Assembly: GCA_910585455.1 (NCBI GenBank)
Contig: CAJUEL010000008.1
Span: 53,955-117,954 of the forward strand
Origin: an uncultured Eisenbergiella sp.
Lineage (GTDB): Bacteria; Bacillota; Clostridia; Lachnospirales; Lachnospiraceae
Length of the DNA: 64,000 nucleotides
Direction of reading: 5' to 3'
The notes beneath the pieces are model-generated. The model saw only the letters and a list, made by a program, of their open reading frames with translations, was not told the DNA's origin and ran no database searches. This document shows, in pieces, positions 49,929 through 60,252 of this stretch (the first letter of the stretch is position 1; every line of letters begins with the position of its first letter). The position numbers and the translations under genes are program-made.

Positions 49929-51953
49929 ATGAAAAAAACTGGATTCCGGACAGGTATTTTTTTATTCCTTCTGTTCTTTTGGCTCGCACCCGTCCGGGTG
50001 TGGGCGCAGGAGGACAAAGAAGAAGGGGATGTGACCCATGCGCCCTACTTTTTTATCGAAAATGCCGACCCGTCTTTGGACAGCTTTCCGTTGAAGGCGA
50101 CGGATGTGGCGACGAATATCAATGGCGTGATTGCCGAAACTCTGGTACAGCAGACCTATACGAATGAAGGGACGCGGCCGATCAACGCAAGCTATGTGTT
50201 TCCGGCGTCCACAAAGGTGAGCGTGCACGGCATGAAAATGACGATCGGCGACAGAACGGTTACCGCGCAGATCAGGGAAAAGGAAGAGGCGAAGGAGGAG
50301 TTTGAGCAGGCGAAAAGCGAAGGGAAAAGCGCCTCCCTGCTGGAACAGCAGCGGGCGAACGTGTTCACGATGAGCGTGGCGAACATCATGCCCGGCGATG
50401 TGGTGCGCATCGAGCTGCACTACACGGAAATGATCAGTCCTGTGGAAGGAAGCTATCAATTCGTGTTTCCCACTGTCGTTGGTCCCAGATATGCGAGCCC
50501 TTCCATGAATGAAAACGGCGAAACGGCGGAATGGGTGGAAACGCCTTATCTGGAAGAAGGAAAAACGCCGGATGCGGCATATAACATTACGGTCAACCTT
50601 TCGACGGGAGTGCCCATCACGGAGGTTTCCTGTAAATCCCATGATATCGACGTGGCGCATAAAGACGGCTCCACAGCGAAGATCACCCTGTCGGATCCGA
50701 CGGATTACGCCGGAAACCGGGATTTCATTCTGGACTACCGGCTGACAGGGGATCAGTTAAACAGCGGAATCATGCTGTATGAGGGAGAGGAGGAAAACTT
50801 TTTTGCCCTGATGGTGCAGCCGCCGGAACACTTTGAGGCAGCGGACATTCCGGGCAGGGAATATATTTTCGTGCTGGATATTTCCGGATCGATGTACGGC
50901 TATCCGCTGGATACCGCCAAGGAGCTGATCCGGGATCTGGTCGGCAGCCTGCGGGAGGATGATTGCTTTAACGTGATTCTCTTTGCGGATGAGGTGGCGT
51001 CCCTTTCTTCCAAATCCCTGCCCGCCACCGCCGCAAACATCGGGAGGGCGATCAGCCTGATCGACAGCATGGACGGTGGCGGCGGAACGGAGCTGTTGGC
51101 GGCGCTGCAAAAAGCCACCGCTCTGCCGGCGAAGGATTCGACTGCCAGAAGCATTGTCATGATTACGGACGGCTATATTTATGGGGAAAAAGCGATTTTT
51201 GAGCATATCAGCAAAAATCTGGACAGCGCGGGATTTTTCTCCTTTGGCATCGGAACGACTGTCAACCGCTATCTGATTGAAGGCATGGCGGAGGTGGGCA
51301 TGGGAGAAGCCTTTGTGGTCACGGATGAGGAGGACGCTGCCGCGATGGCAAAACGCTTCCGCACCTATGTCCAGGCGCCGCTTCTGACCGATATTCAGGT
51401 GGATTTCGAGGGCTTTGAGGTCTATGATGTACAGCCTGCCGTGCAGTCCACCCTGTATGCGCAAAAGCCGGTCGTTCTGTTCGGAAAGTGGAAGGGAGAA
51501 GCGGCCGGAACGGTCAGAATCACCGGAAAAACCGGTCGTAACGACTATCTCCAGCAGCTTTCGGTGGACCCGGCGGATTCCCGTGAGGAAAATGCCGCCC
51601 TGCCCTGGCTGTGGGCGCGCCAGAAGGTGAAGCAGCTTTCGGATTATACGGCGGACGCTAAAGAGGATGAAAGCATAAAGCGGGAAATTACCGAAATCGG
51701 CCTGCGCTACAGCATGATGACGGAATATACCTCCTTCATTGCGGTGCTGGATACCGTGCGCAATACCGAAGGAAGCACGGATGTGGAGCAGCCTTCTCCG
51801 CTGCCTGAGGGCGTATCAGGTCTGGCCGTTTCCACAGGGTATACGATCGGCTCGGAGCCGGGGGAATGGTTCCTGCTCTGTCTGGCGCTGCTCGTTTCTG
51901 TTTCCGGCACGATGCTCCGTTACAAAAGAAGACGGAGAGGATGCGAGGCATGA
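49929..51953 (+). CDS. VIT + VWA domain protein with SEP-CTERM-like sorting signal
   Basis: Signal peptide, VIT (ASLLEQ), MIDAS DISGS..GGTE..TDG, C-term GSEP-TM-KRRRR. Confidence 0.88.
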   Translation: MKKTGFRTGIFLFLLFFWLAPVRVWAQEDKEEGDVTHAPYFFIENADPSLDSFPLKATDVATNINGVIAETLVQQTYTNEGTRPINASYVFPASTKVSVHGMKMTIGDRTVTAQIREKEEAKEEFEQAKSEGKSASLLEQQRANVFTMSVANIMPGDVVRIELHYTEMISPVEGSYQFVFPTVVGPRYASPSMNENGETAEWVETPYLEEGKTPDAAYNITVNLSTGVPITEVSCKSHDIDVAHKDGSTAKITLSDPTDYAGNRDFILDYRLTGDQLNSGIMLYEGEEENFFALMVQPPEHFEAADIPGREYIFVLDISGSMYGYPLDTAKELIRDLVGSLREDDCFNVILFADEVASLSSKSLPATAANIGRAISLIDSMDGGGGTELLAALQKATALPAKDSTARSIVMITDGYIYGEKAIFEHISKNLDSAGFFSFGIGTTVNRYLIEGMAEVGMGEAFVVTDEEDAAAMAKRFRTYVQAPLLTDIQVDFEGFEVYDVQPAVQSTLYAQKPVVLFGKWKGEAAGTVRITGKTGRNDYLQQLSVDPADSREENAALPWLWARQKVKQLSDYTADAKEDESIKREITEIGLRYSMMTEYTSFIAVLDTVRNTEGSTDVEQPSPLPEGVSGLAVSTGYTIGSEPGEWFLLCLALLVSVSGTMLRYKRRRRGCEA

Positions 51954-52738
51954 TGATGAAGATACGTTTGAAGGATGTCCTGTGGCAAAACGGCATATTT
52001 TATCTGACCGGCTGTCTGTACATTCTGGGAATCAGGCTCTGGTACGGAAACGCTTCTTTGGAGCAATTAAAATGGATACTGGCTCCCACCGCCCGGTGGG
52101 TCAGTATCCTGAGCAAAATTTCCTTTATTTATGACCCGCGGATGGGATATGTCAATCACGCCTGGCACTTTGTCATCGCGCCCTCCTGCAGCGGCGTCCG
52201 CTTCCTGATCATCGCCGGCAGCATGCTGCTTTTTACTTATGTCCACCGGATCAGAACCGCGAAAGGAAAAATTTTCTGGAGCATAGGCAGTCTGGGAACG
52301 GCTTATTTGTGCACTGTCTTTTTCAACGGACTGCGCATCGTAGCTTCCATTCATCTGCCGTATCGCCTGAAAGCGGCAGGGCTGATGGACGGGTGGCTCA
52401 CGCCAGAACGGCTGCACACGCTGACGGGAGTTATCGTATACTTCACCGCGCTGCTTTTGCTTGGACTGGCCGCAGAGCTCATATCCAGGAAGCTTACGGT
52501 GAACCGGCGGGAAAATCCGTCCGTCACGGGCGGTACACACAGCCCTTGTGTGCCACCGGCGCTCTGGTATTTCTTATTTGCGCTGGTGCTTCCCCTGCCG
52601 GGCAGGCTGCTGCGTCAGGAGTGGGACGGCTTTGGAGAATATGCGCTGCTCGTGTCCGGCGGATGCCTGACGATCTGGCTGTTGGGAAAAACGGCATTGT
52701 TTTTGTGCCGCAGGTCCGGCTTACGGCAGCTTCGATGA
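51950..52738 (+). CDS. Exosortase (XrtK-like)
   Basis: IAPSCSG, NGLRI, LHTLTG Cys-Arg-His triad; multi-TM. Confidence 0.82.
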   Translation: MMMKIRLKDVLWQNGIFYLTGCLYILGIRLWYGNASLEQLKWILAPTARWVSILSKISFIYDPRMGYVNHAWHFVIAPSCSGVRFLIIAGSMLLFTYVHRIRTAKGKIFWSIGSLGTAYLCTVFFNGLRIVASIHLPYRLKAAGLMDGWLTPERLHTLTGVIVYFTALLLLGLAAELISRKLTVNRRENPSVTGGTHSPCVPPALWYFLFALVLPLPGRLLRQEWDGFGEYALLVSGGCLTIWLLGKTALFLCRRSGLRQLR

Positions 52739-53479
52739 AATTCTTTCAAATACATATGTCTGTTCGGAAGACAGCGCTTCCCGGTACACGTATCCCAACC
52801 GGTCAAAGCGCTTCATCTGTGCGGGATCTGTGATCTGCTGCTCCGCCATGTACCGCACCATCTCTCCCCGCGCCATTTTGGCGTAGGTGCCCTTGGTCAC
52901 CAGCTTTCCGCCGGATTTTTCGCAAAACACGACAGTGATGAGGCGGTCCCTTCCGGTCAGATATTTTTCCACACACCGGGAATATTCTTTGGATGCCAGA
53001 TTCACGATCACGCCGTCCCCGTCGCGGACCGCGTCGTAAAGCATGCTGCCCCAGAAATCGTATAAATCCTTATGCCCGTCCAGGGATGCCTTCGCCTGCA
53101 TTTCCAGCCGGTAGGGAGTTACGCCGTCCATGGGCCTTAGCACGCCGTAAAATGCCGATAAGATGCGCAGATGCTCCTGGATATAGTCGAGCATACGGCT
53201 TTCAAAAACCGCGGGCGCCATATATTGATAGGCGATTCCCTCATAGGAGAGCACTGCCGGCGTCAGATTCCGATAAAGATCCATATGGGAAAGCCGGTCG
53301 AAATTTTGCTCGGCGATTTTATCATTGCATTTCCACATGGCCTGCAGCCGGGCCTGGGGCTGTCCCTTCATCCATTGCAGGATTTGCTCCGTATACGCCA
53401 GATGGTCAGGGAGCCCCCGCGCCGGCAGGGTATCCGCGTCCGCCCGCATCTTTTTTGCGGGCGACAGAATTATTCGCAT
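52721..53479 (-). CDS. yaaA: Peroxide stress protein YaaA
   Basis: ILSPAK, ILSAFYG.LRP.D, YRLEM, NLASKEY, AKMARG. Confidence 0.93.
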   Translation of the reverse strand: MRIILSPAKKMRADADTLPARGLPDHLAYTEQILQWMKGQPQARLQAMWKCNDKIAEQNFDRLSHMDLYRNLTPAVLSYEGIAYQYMAPAVFESRMLDYIQEHLRILSAFYGVLRPMDGVTPYRLEMQAKASLDGHKDLYDFWGSMLYDAVRDGDGVIVNLASKEYSRCVEKYLTGRDRLITVVFCEKSGGKLVTKGTYAKMARGEMVRYMAEQQITDPAQMKRFDRLGYVYREALSSEQTYVFERISSKLP

Positions 53480-53934
53480 GCGGAAAGCTCCTCCAGCATT
53501 TTCTGGGGATCCTCTGCCGCCTTTACCTTATCGTTCGCGCGGATGATGATTCCCTCCTCGTCGATCAGATAGGTGGTGCGGACTACGCCCATGGACACCT
53601 TTCCATAATTTTTCTTTTCCTTCCATACATCGTAGGCTTCAATCACCTTGCGCTCCGGGTCAGCCAGAAGCGTAAAGCCCAGGTTTTGCTTTTCCTCGAA
53701 TTTTTTATGAGAGGCTACGGTGTCCTTGCTGATGCCGAGCACGACCGCTCCCTTTTCCAGAAACTGAGGATAGCGCTCCGAAAATCCGCATGCCTGCTTC
53801 GTGCAGCCCGGCGTATTGTCCTTCGGATAAAAATATAAAATCACCTTTTTCCCTCTGTATTCCCTCAGCGTATGAAGTGTTCCGTTCTGGTCCGGCAATT
53901 CAAAATCCGGCGCCTGTGTTCCTGTTTGTAACAT
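53470..53934 (-). CDS. bcp: Thioredoxin-dependent peroxiredoxin Bcp
   Basis: YFYPKDNTPGCTKQAC. Confidence 0.95.
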   Translation of the reverse strand: MLQTGTQAPDFELPDQNGTLHTLREYRGKKVILYFYPKDNTPGCTKQACGFSERYPQFLEKGAVVLGISKDTVASHKKFEEKQNLGFTLLADPERKVIEAYDVWKEKKNYGKVSMGVVRTTYLIDEEGIIIRANDKVKAAEDPQKMLEELSACE

Positions 53935-53990
53935 GTCCTGTCCTCCTTGTGGGTTTTGCTTTTCACATTCCGCTTCACAATAGCCCGATT

Positions 53991-54022
53991 TGTAACAATT
54001 CAGCTCTGTCTGCGCTGTTATC
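53991..54022. repeat. 32-bp dispersed palindrome, copy 5
   Basis: TGTAACAATTCAGCT-CT-GTCTGCGCTGTTATC. Confidence 0.6.
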
Positions 54023-54142
54023 CTGATTTTACCATAACCACGCCAAAAAGCAAACGGCTATTTCCAGCAGGGATAAGATGTGTTAAAATGGTTGTTACTA
54101 TTCATACACAATGGGTATCAGCACAGGGAGGAAAGCCTGGAT

Positions 54143-54889
54143 ATGGACAGAAATGCAGAGCGGCTGGGCATGGCAGAGCGCCCCATCACCGTCGCCATAT
54201 GTGAGGATGAACCTTATTTTCTGGAGCAGCTGGGTAAAAATGTCCGGCATTTTCTGGATGTAGAAGGATATGGGAGCCGGATTCTGACATTTTCCAGCGG
54301 AGAGGCGCTGTTGGATGCCGGTCAGACCTTTGACATTCTTCTGGCGGATATCAGACTGCCCGGAAAAAGCGGGCTGGAGGTCGCGCGGCAGCTTTGCAGC
54401 GGACGGCAGGACAGTCAGCTCATCTTCATTACCGCCTATCCGGAATACGCGGCGGAGGCGTTTGAGCTGGATGCCATTCATTATATTGTAAAGCCTGTTT
54501 CCGAAGAAAAGCTGTCCCATGCCCTGAAAAAGGCGTTGCGCCACATGCCCCGGACAGACTGCCGGAGAGTCACAGTCGCGAAGGGAGCACGGACGGACCG
54601 CATTCCGATTCGGGACATTCTATATTGCGAGTCTTTGGATCACCGGATATTTGTCCATACCCAAATGGCGGAATATGCTTATTTCGGCACTCTGGAAAAG
54701 CTGGAAAAACAGCTGGACGGGCGTTTTTTCCGCTGTCATAAAAGTTATCTGGTCAATCTGGATTATGTTGTCAGCAGGCAGCAGGACAGCGCGACGGTGA
54801 CCAACGGGGACCGGGTATTGCTCGCAAGGAGAAAGCGGCAGGAGTTTTCCAGGAGACTTCTGGATTATTTTCGGGAGGAGGTGCTCTGA
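54143..54889 (+). CDS. LytTR family response regulator
   Basis: ICEDE, DIRLPG, KP, FFRCHKSYLVN. Confidence 0.93.
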   Translation: MDRNAERLGMAERPITVAICEDEPYFLEQLGKNVRHFLDVEGYGSRILTFSSGEALLDAGQTFDILLADIRLPGKSGLEVARQLCSGRQDSQLIFITAYPEYAAEAFELDAIHYIVKPVSEEKLSHALKKALRHMPRTDCRRVTVAKGARTDRIPIRDILYCESLDHRIFVHTQMAEYAYFGTLEKLEKQLDGRFFRCHKSYLVNLDYVVSRQQDSATVTNGDRVLLARRKRQEFSRRLLDYFREEVL

Positions 54890-56391
54890 TGGAAACCGGT
54901 CAGATGGTGTTTTATTCCGGATGGCTGCTGGAAAACAGTCTGGTTTACTGTGTGGAATATGCTTTCATGGCGCGCATGCTCCGCTTACAAAAGCGCAATG
55001 GGTGGAGAATGGCCTGCTATCTGTGCCTGCAATGCGCTTTGACCCTTTGCGTTTTTTCTTTTGTGCCCCCGGTCCCTTTGCGGGAACTGCTGCATATGGG
55101 AGCAGCGTGTATTTTCTTCCTTACTATATGCAAAAAGGAGTGTGGCTGCCAGAAGCAAATAGAAGCGGGCGGTCGCGCGTTAGCTGTAATTACGGCGGTG
55201 GCGATCCTCTTTGCCGTCTCTTCCTTCGTCCAGGCACTTTCAGTCACCGTCTTGCGGCTGCTTGCCGCCAACCTGAAGACCGCACATCCTGCTGCGGTGT
55301 GCGTAGCGCCTGTCATGCTTTTATCTGCCGGTCTTTTATCGGCGCTGCTGCGTCTGACTGCCCGGCGGTGGCAGCGGGTTTGCGGGATGGTGAAGATGTC
55401 GGGAAGGCAGGAGCTTTTCGAATGGAGAGCGCTTTTCAGACGGTGGGGCTGTTTGGGAAAGACAGGTTTTTCGGGAAGGCGGACGGTTCGGAAAGAGGGC
55501 TATATTTCCGGCAGCTGTTTCTTGCTGTTTCCTTGCGCATTCGCCGTGTGGACCGTCCGCTTTGGGCTGGGGCTGGATCACAGCAGGCTGCAGTCGGTCC
55601 GTGCGCCGTTTACAACGGGGGCGCCTGTGTGGGCTTTTGTGTGTCTGGCGGGTGCGGCAGCCGCCTTTTTCGCCGTACTGGAGCTGGCGGCGGGATCGTT
55701 TTTGGCGGATAAAATGCCGGCGTCAACAGAAATAATTTCTGACGGCGGCAAAGGAAAGCCCATCCCTTTTTTGTCAGAACCTGATGTAGATATCGCGCGG
55801 GTCTGTGCCATGCTTGCGGAGGCACAAAGATGTAATGCCCGGTATCGTTCTTTTCAGCATGATATCGACAATCATCTGCTGGTGTTGTCCGGTCTTTTGC
55901 ATGAAAAGTGCTATCATGAAATGCGGCGATATTTGCCGGGAATCCTGGCTGCATCGCGGGCACTGTATCCGGCCAGGGTGACAGGAAACCCGGCATTGGA
56001 TGTGCTTCTGCGGGAAAAAGTGGGCCGGGCGCGGCAGCAGGGCATTGCCGTGTCTCTTTCTGTCAGCTTGCCGGTCTCAACGGGCATCGATGATACGGAG
56101 CTGTGCACGGTTTTCGCCAATGCGCTTGACAATGCGGTTTTCGCCGTCTTAAAGCTGCCGCCAGAGGAAAGAAGGCTGGATATTTCGGCGGGCATGAAAC
56201 GCGGCTTTTTGCTTCTGGAGGTGACAAATTCCTGCCTGCCGGATACCGTGGCAAAACCGGGAACCGGTCTGGCGAATATTGCGGATATCGCCCGAAAATA
56301 TCAGGGGGCGCTGAATTATCAGAATGACTCCGGAACCTTTCGGCTGACTGTGCTGCTTTGCGCTGCACATCCCGGATTTGAGGAACTGTAA
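54889..56391 (+). CDS. GHKL (AgrC/VirS-like) sensor kinase
   Basis: Multi-TM, FQHDIDNH, NALDNA, GTGLANI. Confidence 0.82.
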   Translation: METGQMVFYSGWLLENSLVYCVEYAFMARMLRLQKRNGWRMACYLCLQCALTLCVFSFVPPVPLRELLHMGAACIFFLTICKKECGCQKQIEAGGRALAVITAVAILFAVSSFVQALSVTVLRLLAANLKTAHPAAVCVAPVMLLSAGLLSALLRLTARRWQRVCGMVKMSGRQELFEWRALFRRWGCLGKTGFSGRRTVRKEGYISGSCFLLFPCAFAVWTVRFGLGLDHSRLQSVRAPFTTGAPVWAFVCLAGAAAAFFAVLELAAGSFLADKMPASTEIISDGGKGKPIPFLSEPDVDIARVCAMLAEAQRCNARYRSFQHDIDNHLLVLSGLLHEKCYHEMRRYLPGILAASRALYPARVTGNPALDVLLREKVGRARQQGIAVSLSVSLPVSTGIDDTELCTVFANALDNAVFAVLKLPPEERRLDISAGMKRGFLLLEVTNSCLPDTVAKPGTGLANIADIARKYQGALNYQNDSGTFRLTVLLCAAHPGFEEL

Positions 56392-56392
56392 T

Positions 56393-56462
56393 TACCGTTT
56401 ACGCAACGGAGAATGCCTTTTGCGAAGGACACCTTCTTTTTTGGCTGCCGGCATGCTATGAT
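56393..56462 (+). promoter_or_regulatory. Putative LytTR-type direct repeats plus extended -10
   Basis: TACCGTTTACG/TGCCTTTTGCG 21 bp apart; TGCTATGAT. Confidence 0.45.
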
Positions 56463-56491
56463 GACCTCAAAAACCGGGAGGTGCTTATATT

Positions 56492-56713
56492 ATGGCAATA
56501 GTGATCAATGACCTGCAGGTACAAAAGCAAACCTTACAAAATCAGCTGTTGCTGATGAAAAGCTCTACCAACAGCGCAGCCGCATCCGGCGATACCTGCG
56601 AAGCGTTGGAAAAACAGCTCGCTGATGTTTCCGCGAAATTACAGGCGCAAAAAAATGCGGTACAGAATGCGGCAGATCAGTCGCCGCGCTTCGACTTTTA
56701 CAAAAAATCCTGA
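56492..56713 (+). CDS. Small coiled-coil protein (FlxA-like)
   Basis: GGGAGG RBS; Q/K/L heptads. Confidence 0.6.
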   Translation: MAIVINDLQVQKQTLQNQLLLMKSSTNSAAASGDTCEALEKQLADVSAKLQAQKNAVQNAADQSPRFDFYKKS

Positions 56714-56759
56714 GAAGCGGCGGGTGCCTGCTACCGGTACATTATCTCACGGTCTGCGC

Positions 56760-56791
56760 AGTGAACGCGCAGACCTGTCTGAACTGTTACA
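56760..56791. repeat. 32-bp dispersed palindrome, copy 6 (right arm intact)
   Basis: ...CAGAC-CT-GTCTGAACTGTTACA. Confidence 0.65.
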
Positions 56792-56819
56792 TATTTCCAT
56801 CAACAATTTCTGCAAACTA

Positions 56820-56848
56820 TTGAAACTTCGATAAATTTTTATTATAAT
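56820..56848 (+). promoter_or_regulatory. Sigma-A promoter
   Basis: TTGAAA-17-TATAAT. Confidence 0.7.
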
Positions 56849-57010
56849 ATAGAAATCAGTGAGACGCCTGACAGCGGTCCGGCTTCCCGCAGCCGCAGCT
56901 GACGTTACAGCTCACTGGTTAATCGGTCGCAGGGCGCGTTACCGGTTGTAGGGAAAACGGCAACGGCGTTGACGGCAGGAATCAAATTCATCATCGAGGA
57001 GGGAACAGAA

Positions 57011-58561
57011 ATGTTTCGAGGCAAAACCATTTACACGGCTGCAGTCACGGCATTTGCGGTGATTCTGCTGCTTTTTTCAGGTAATCTCAAGGTCAATGCG
57101 GCGGAAACGGCAACCCTGAATTCCGCATTGATTCAGGGAGATCAGGTTGTCGTATCCGGCACTTCGTCCGTTATCTCAGAGGACGGTATTCTGCACTTAT
57201 ATGCACAGGAAACCTTTCAGTCAGGCGTGCAGGGTGTGGAAGTGGCGCAGGCGCCCAACGGAACCGCGGTATTTAGGTTTGCATTGGGGAAAAATACCGC
57301 CAACAGCAACCTCTTTAAGAAGTTTACAATTGTTGCGATTAAAAACGGCGTGCCGACAGCGGTTTCCAATTCCGTATATATCACGAACCCGGAAGCGGCC
57401 GCAACCCATACGACGGGCAGACGTGACGGCGGCATCAAGGGCATGCTTCCGGCGGCGCAGCTGCTCAATGCCAATAATTTGAAGGATATGGGTGTGAAAC
57501 AGGTCACCTATAACCTGCTGCTGGGCAGAATCACCAACGGTGGCGGTATCAACTATCAGTACAACGGAAAAACCTATAGCTTTAATTCCAGCTATGTTGC
57601 GGAATATGACATTGTGGCAAAGCGGATGAACGCGCAGGGGATTCAGGTCACTTTCATTATTTTGAATGATCTTGGCGCGGATCCGACCCTGATTCATCCC
57701 CTGTCCCGCGGCGCAGCCGCCAATTACTATGCGTTAAACGCGGCGGATCAGGCAGGCGTGGAGAAGCTGGAAGCGGTGGCTTCCTTTTTGGGACAGCGTT
57801 ACTCCAATACCGGAAACGGGACTGTTGATAACTGGATTGTCGGCAATGAGGTAAATGCCCGCAATCCCTGGAACTACATGCAGACCTCGGATGTGAACCA
57901 GTATGCGGCAGAATATGCCAATGCGTTCCGCATTCTGTATAACGGCATCAAATCTGAAAACGCCAACGCACAGATTTATGTGGCAACGGACCAGCAGTGG
58001 GCAGTAGCTTCCGGCCCTAACTATTTTGGTTCCCGCCCGTTCCTCGTTGCGTTCAATAACTTTGTAAAATCTCAGGGGAACATCGACTGGAGACTTTCCA
58101 GCCATCCGTATAACGTGCCGCTGTATGATCCGAACAACTGGACACCCACCCGCTATGCAACTCACAGCCAGAATTCCAGATATGTGACGATGCAGAATAT
58201 TGACGTCATCACGGATTTCCTGTCCACACCGGAGTTGCTGTCGCCCAGCGGGGCTGTGCGTACGCTGAAGCTTTCCGAAGTGGGCTTTACCTCCAGCATC
58301 GGAGAGGAGCAGCAGGCGATCGCGGTCACCTATGCGTATCTGCAGGCGATCAGCAATAAATATGTGGACGGCCTGATCATTTCCCGTGAGTTAGACGATG
58401 CGTCCGAAATCGCGCAGGGGCTGGCGGTAGGCATGCTCGCGCCCGATGGCAGACACAAACTGGCTTATGAGTATTACAAGCATGCGGGCGATCCCAATTA
58501 TCTGGCGCAGGCGTCCGCATTGGCCGGTGTTGATCTGACCAGCCGCATCACGATGCGATAA
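57011..58561 (+). CDS. Secreted DUF5722-like clan GH-A glycoside hydrolase-fold protein
   Basis: Signal peptide; WIVGNEVN and LSEVG putative catalytic Glu, HPY. Confidence 0.75.
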   Translation: MFRGKTIYTAAVTAFAVILLLFSGNLKVNAAETATLNSALIQGDQVVVSGTSSVISEDGILHLYAQETFQSGVQGVEVAQAPNGTAVFRFALGKNTANSNLFKKFTIVAIKNGVPTAVSNSVYITNPEAAATHTTGRRDGGIKGMLPAAQLLNANNLKDMGVKQVTYNLLLGRITNGGGINYQYNGKTYSFNSSYVAEYDIVAKRMNAQGIQVTFIILNDLGADPTLIHPLSRGAAANYYALNAADQAGVEKLEAVASFLGQRYSNTGNGTVDNWIVGNEVNARNPWNYMQTSDVNQYAAEYANAFRILYNGIKSENANAQIYVATDQQWAVASGPNYFGSRPFLVAFNNFVKSQGNIDWRLSSHPYNVPLYDPNNWTPTRYATHSQNSRYVTMQNIDVITDFLSTPELLSPSGAVRTLKLSEVGFTSSIGEEQQAIAVTYAYLQAISNKYVDGLIISRELDDASEIAQGLAVGMLAPDGRHKLAYEYYKHAGDPNYLAQASALAGVDLTSRITMR

Positions 58562-58624
58562 TAACTATGAAAAATTTCCGTGGCATGGAATCGGAGCGTC
58601 CGGTTCTGTGTCCGTGGGAAATGC

Positions 58625-58668
58625 GAAGGAGCGAGGGCGCCGGTTGCGCTTTGACGCTCCTTCTTTTT
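58625..58668 (+). terminator. Intrinsic terminator
   Basis: GAAGGAGCG..CGCTCCTTCTTTTT. Confidence 0.75.
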
Positions 58669-58682
58669 CTGTACGATATCGT

Positions 58683-59477
58683 TTACATCCGCGCAGCCAT
58701 CAGATTGCTGGAGGTGTATCTTTTCAATCCTCTGTAAAAGAAAGCCGTTGCCGCCGCAAACAGCAAAACCGCATAGCCCGTTACAAAGAGCAATCCGATC
58801 ACGTCAAAGCTTCTCATGATCTGCACCGGCAGATAAATCTCGATGCCCACCGGAATCACATAGTACAGAAGAAGCCTCGCCGTTCCTTTGAATATGCCGT
58901 CCGGATAGGTCGCAAAGCTGATCATGCTGTTCACCATATTGTTTCCAAATATATCCGCCCGCACAAACCAGAAGGAAAGGCTTCCCAGCAATATGGCATA
59001 TGCCGTAAGAATCATCGCTCCTGTCACCGTGAAAAAGAGAAACAAAAGGAGTCTCCCGAAGCTGAAACAAAATATGCAGATCAGAAGAATGCCATATAAA
59101 AAATCACCGATCGCGGATGTGTCTGTGGAGGAGGTGATCACGCTAAACAGCACGTTTTTGGGCTGCACCAGCCAGGAGTCCAGCTTGCCGTTTATGATCA
59201 GCTCCGGCAGGGAAAATGCTCTTGCGAAAAAAATATGTGATAATCCGAAGCAGCTTGCCGCCAGACCCCACAAAAGCATGACGTCCCGCATGGCATAGCC
59301 GCCCACCTCCTTCCGGATATGGAGCAAAATTATCCATTGGATGATGAACGCCGCGTTGTTGAGCATCATAAAGCCGATATTGGTCAGGAAGGTGACCTTG
59401 TTGAGCATCTCCCGCATAATATTGTATTTTACGGATAACAGGCATACCCGTATCTGATTTTTAACCGCCGTTAACAT
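58683..59477 (-). CDS. ABC-2 family permease (DUF990-like)
   Basis: GKLDSWLVQP, YPDGIF, GLKRYTS. Confidence 0.88.
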   Translation of the reverse strand: MLTAVKNQIRVCLLSVKYNIMREMLNKVTFLTNIGFMMLNNAAFIIQWIILLHIRKEVGGYAMRDVMLLWGLAASCFGLSHIFFARAFSLPELIINGKLDSWLVQPKNVLFSVITSSTDTSAIGDFLYGILLICIFCFSFGRLLLFLFFTVTGAMILTAYAILLGSLSFWFVRADIFGNNMVNSMISFATYPDGIFKGTARLLLYYVIPVGIEIYLPVQIMRSFDVIGLLFVTGYAVLLFAAATAFFYRGLKRYTSSNLMAARM

Positions 59478-60252
59478 GCAGTTTTCTTACCCCCTTTCCA
59501 TAAACGAATGCCATGAGCGCGCAGCCTGCCGCCAGGTATACAAGCTGTGCGAGGAGGATTTCCAGGCATTTTTCCGTGCTGAAATCCACAAGCAGCTTTG
59601 CGGGACCGTAGCAGACCGTGTAAATCGGCGTGAGCTTGAAGAAGGGCTGCAGCGCTTTTGGAAATATTTCGATGGGGAAAAGTGTTCCAACCACTAAAAT
59701 CAGCTTATCATACAGCCATTGAAAAGGGGTGGAGTCCTCAATCCAGAAGGAAATCAGACTGATGTTCAGCTTGAAAACCCCGTTGATGGTGATGCCCAGC
59801 ACGACGCAGGGAAGCGCCGCCAAAAAAGTGACGGGATGAAATCCAGGCAGGCTGCCCACCAGAATGCCTCCGGCCAGCGCCGCAAACGCCGCGTACATGG
59901 GAAGCTGTATGCTCCATTCGCCCGTGAATCTGGACAGAATATACAGCGGATAATAGTAGGGCTTATTCACCTGATAGGCGATATTTCCGCTGCGGATGTC
60001 CGATGCCGCCTGTCTTGCCATGACGGCGGGCCTTGCGCCGAACCACAGGGTTTCCGTGATGATGACATACCAGATCATTTGCTCCTTTGTATATCCGGCG
60101 ATCAGGCTTGCAGGCTCATCGTACATATAATTCCAGAGACAGATGAACACGAAAATGATGATAAAAAAGCTGATAAATCCCATCAGGACGTTTGCCGCAT
60201 ATTGCAGGGTTTCCATGAGCACGGCGCGGTAAATGGTCGCGTATTTTTTCAT
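59461..60252 (-). CDS. ABC-2 family permease
   Basis: IRSGNIAYQVNKP, GTLFPIE, NGG terminus. Confidence 0.88.
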   Translation of the reverse strand: MKKYATIYRAVLMETLQYAANVLMGFISFFIIIFVFICLWNYMYDEPASLIAGYTKEQMIWYVIITETLWFGARPAVMARQAASDIRSGNIAYQVNKPYYYPLYILSRFTGEWSIQLPMYAAFAALAGGILVGSLPGFHPVTFLAALPCVVLGITINGVFKLNISLISFWIEDSTPFQWLYDKLILVVGTLFPIEIFPKALQPFFKLTPIYTVCYGPAKLLVDFSTEKCLEILLAQLVYLAAGCALMAFVYGKGVRKLHVNGG

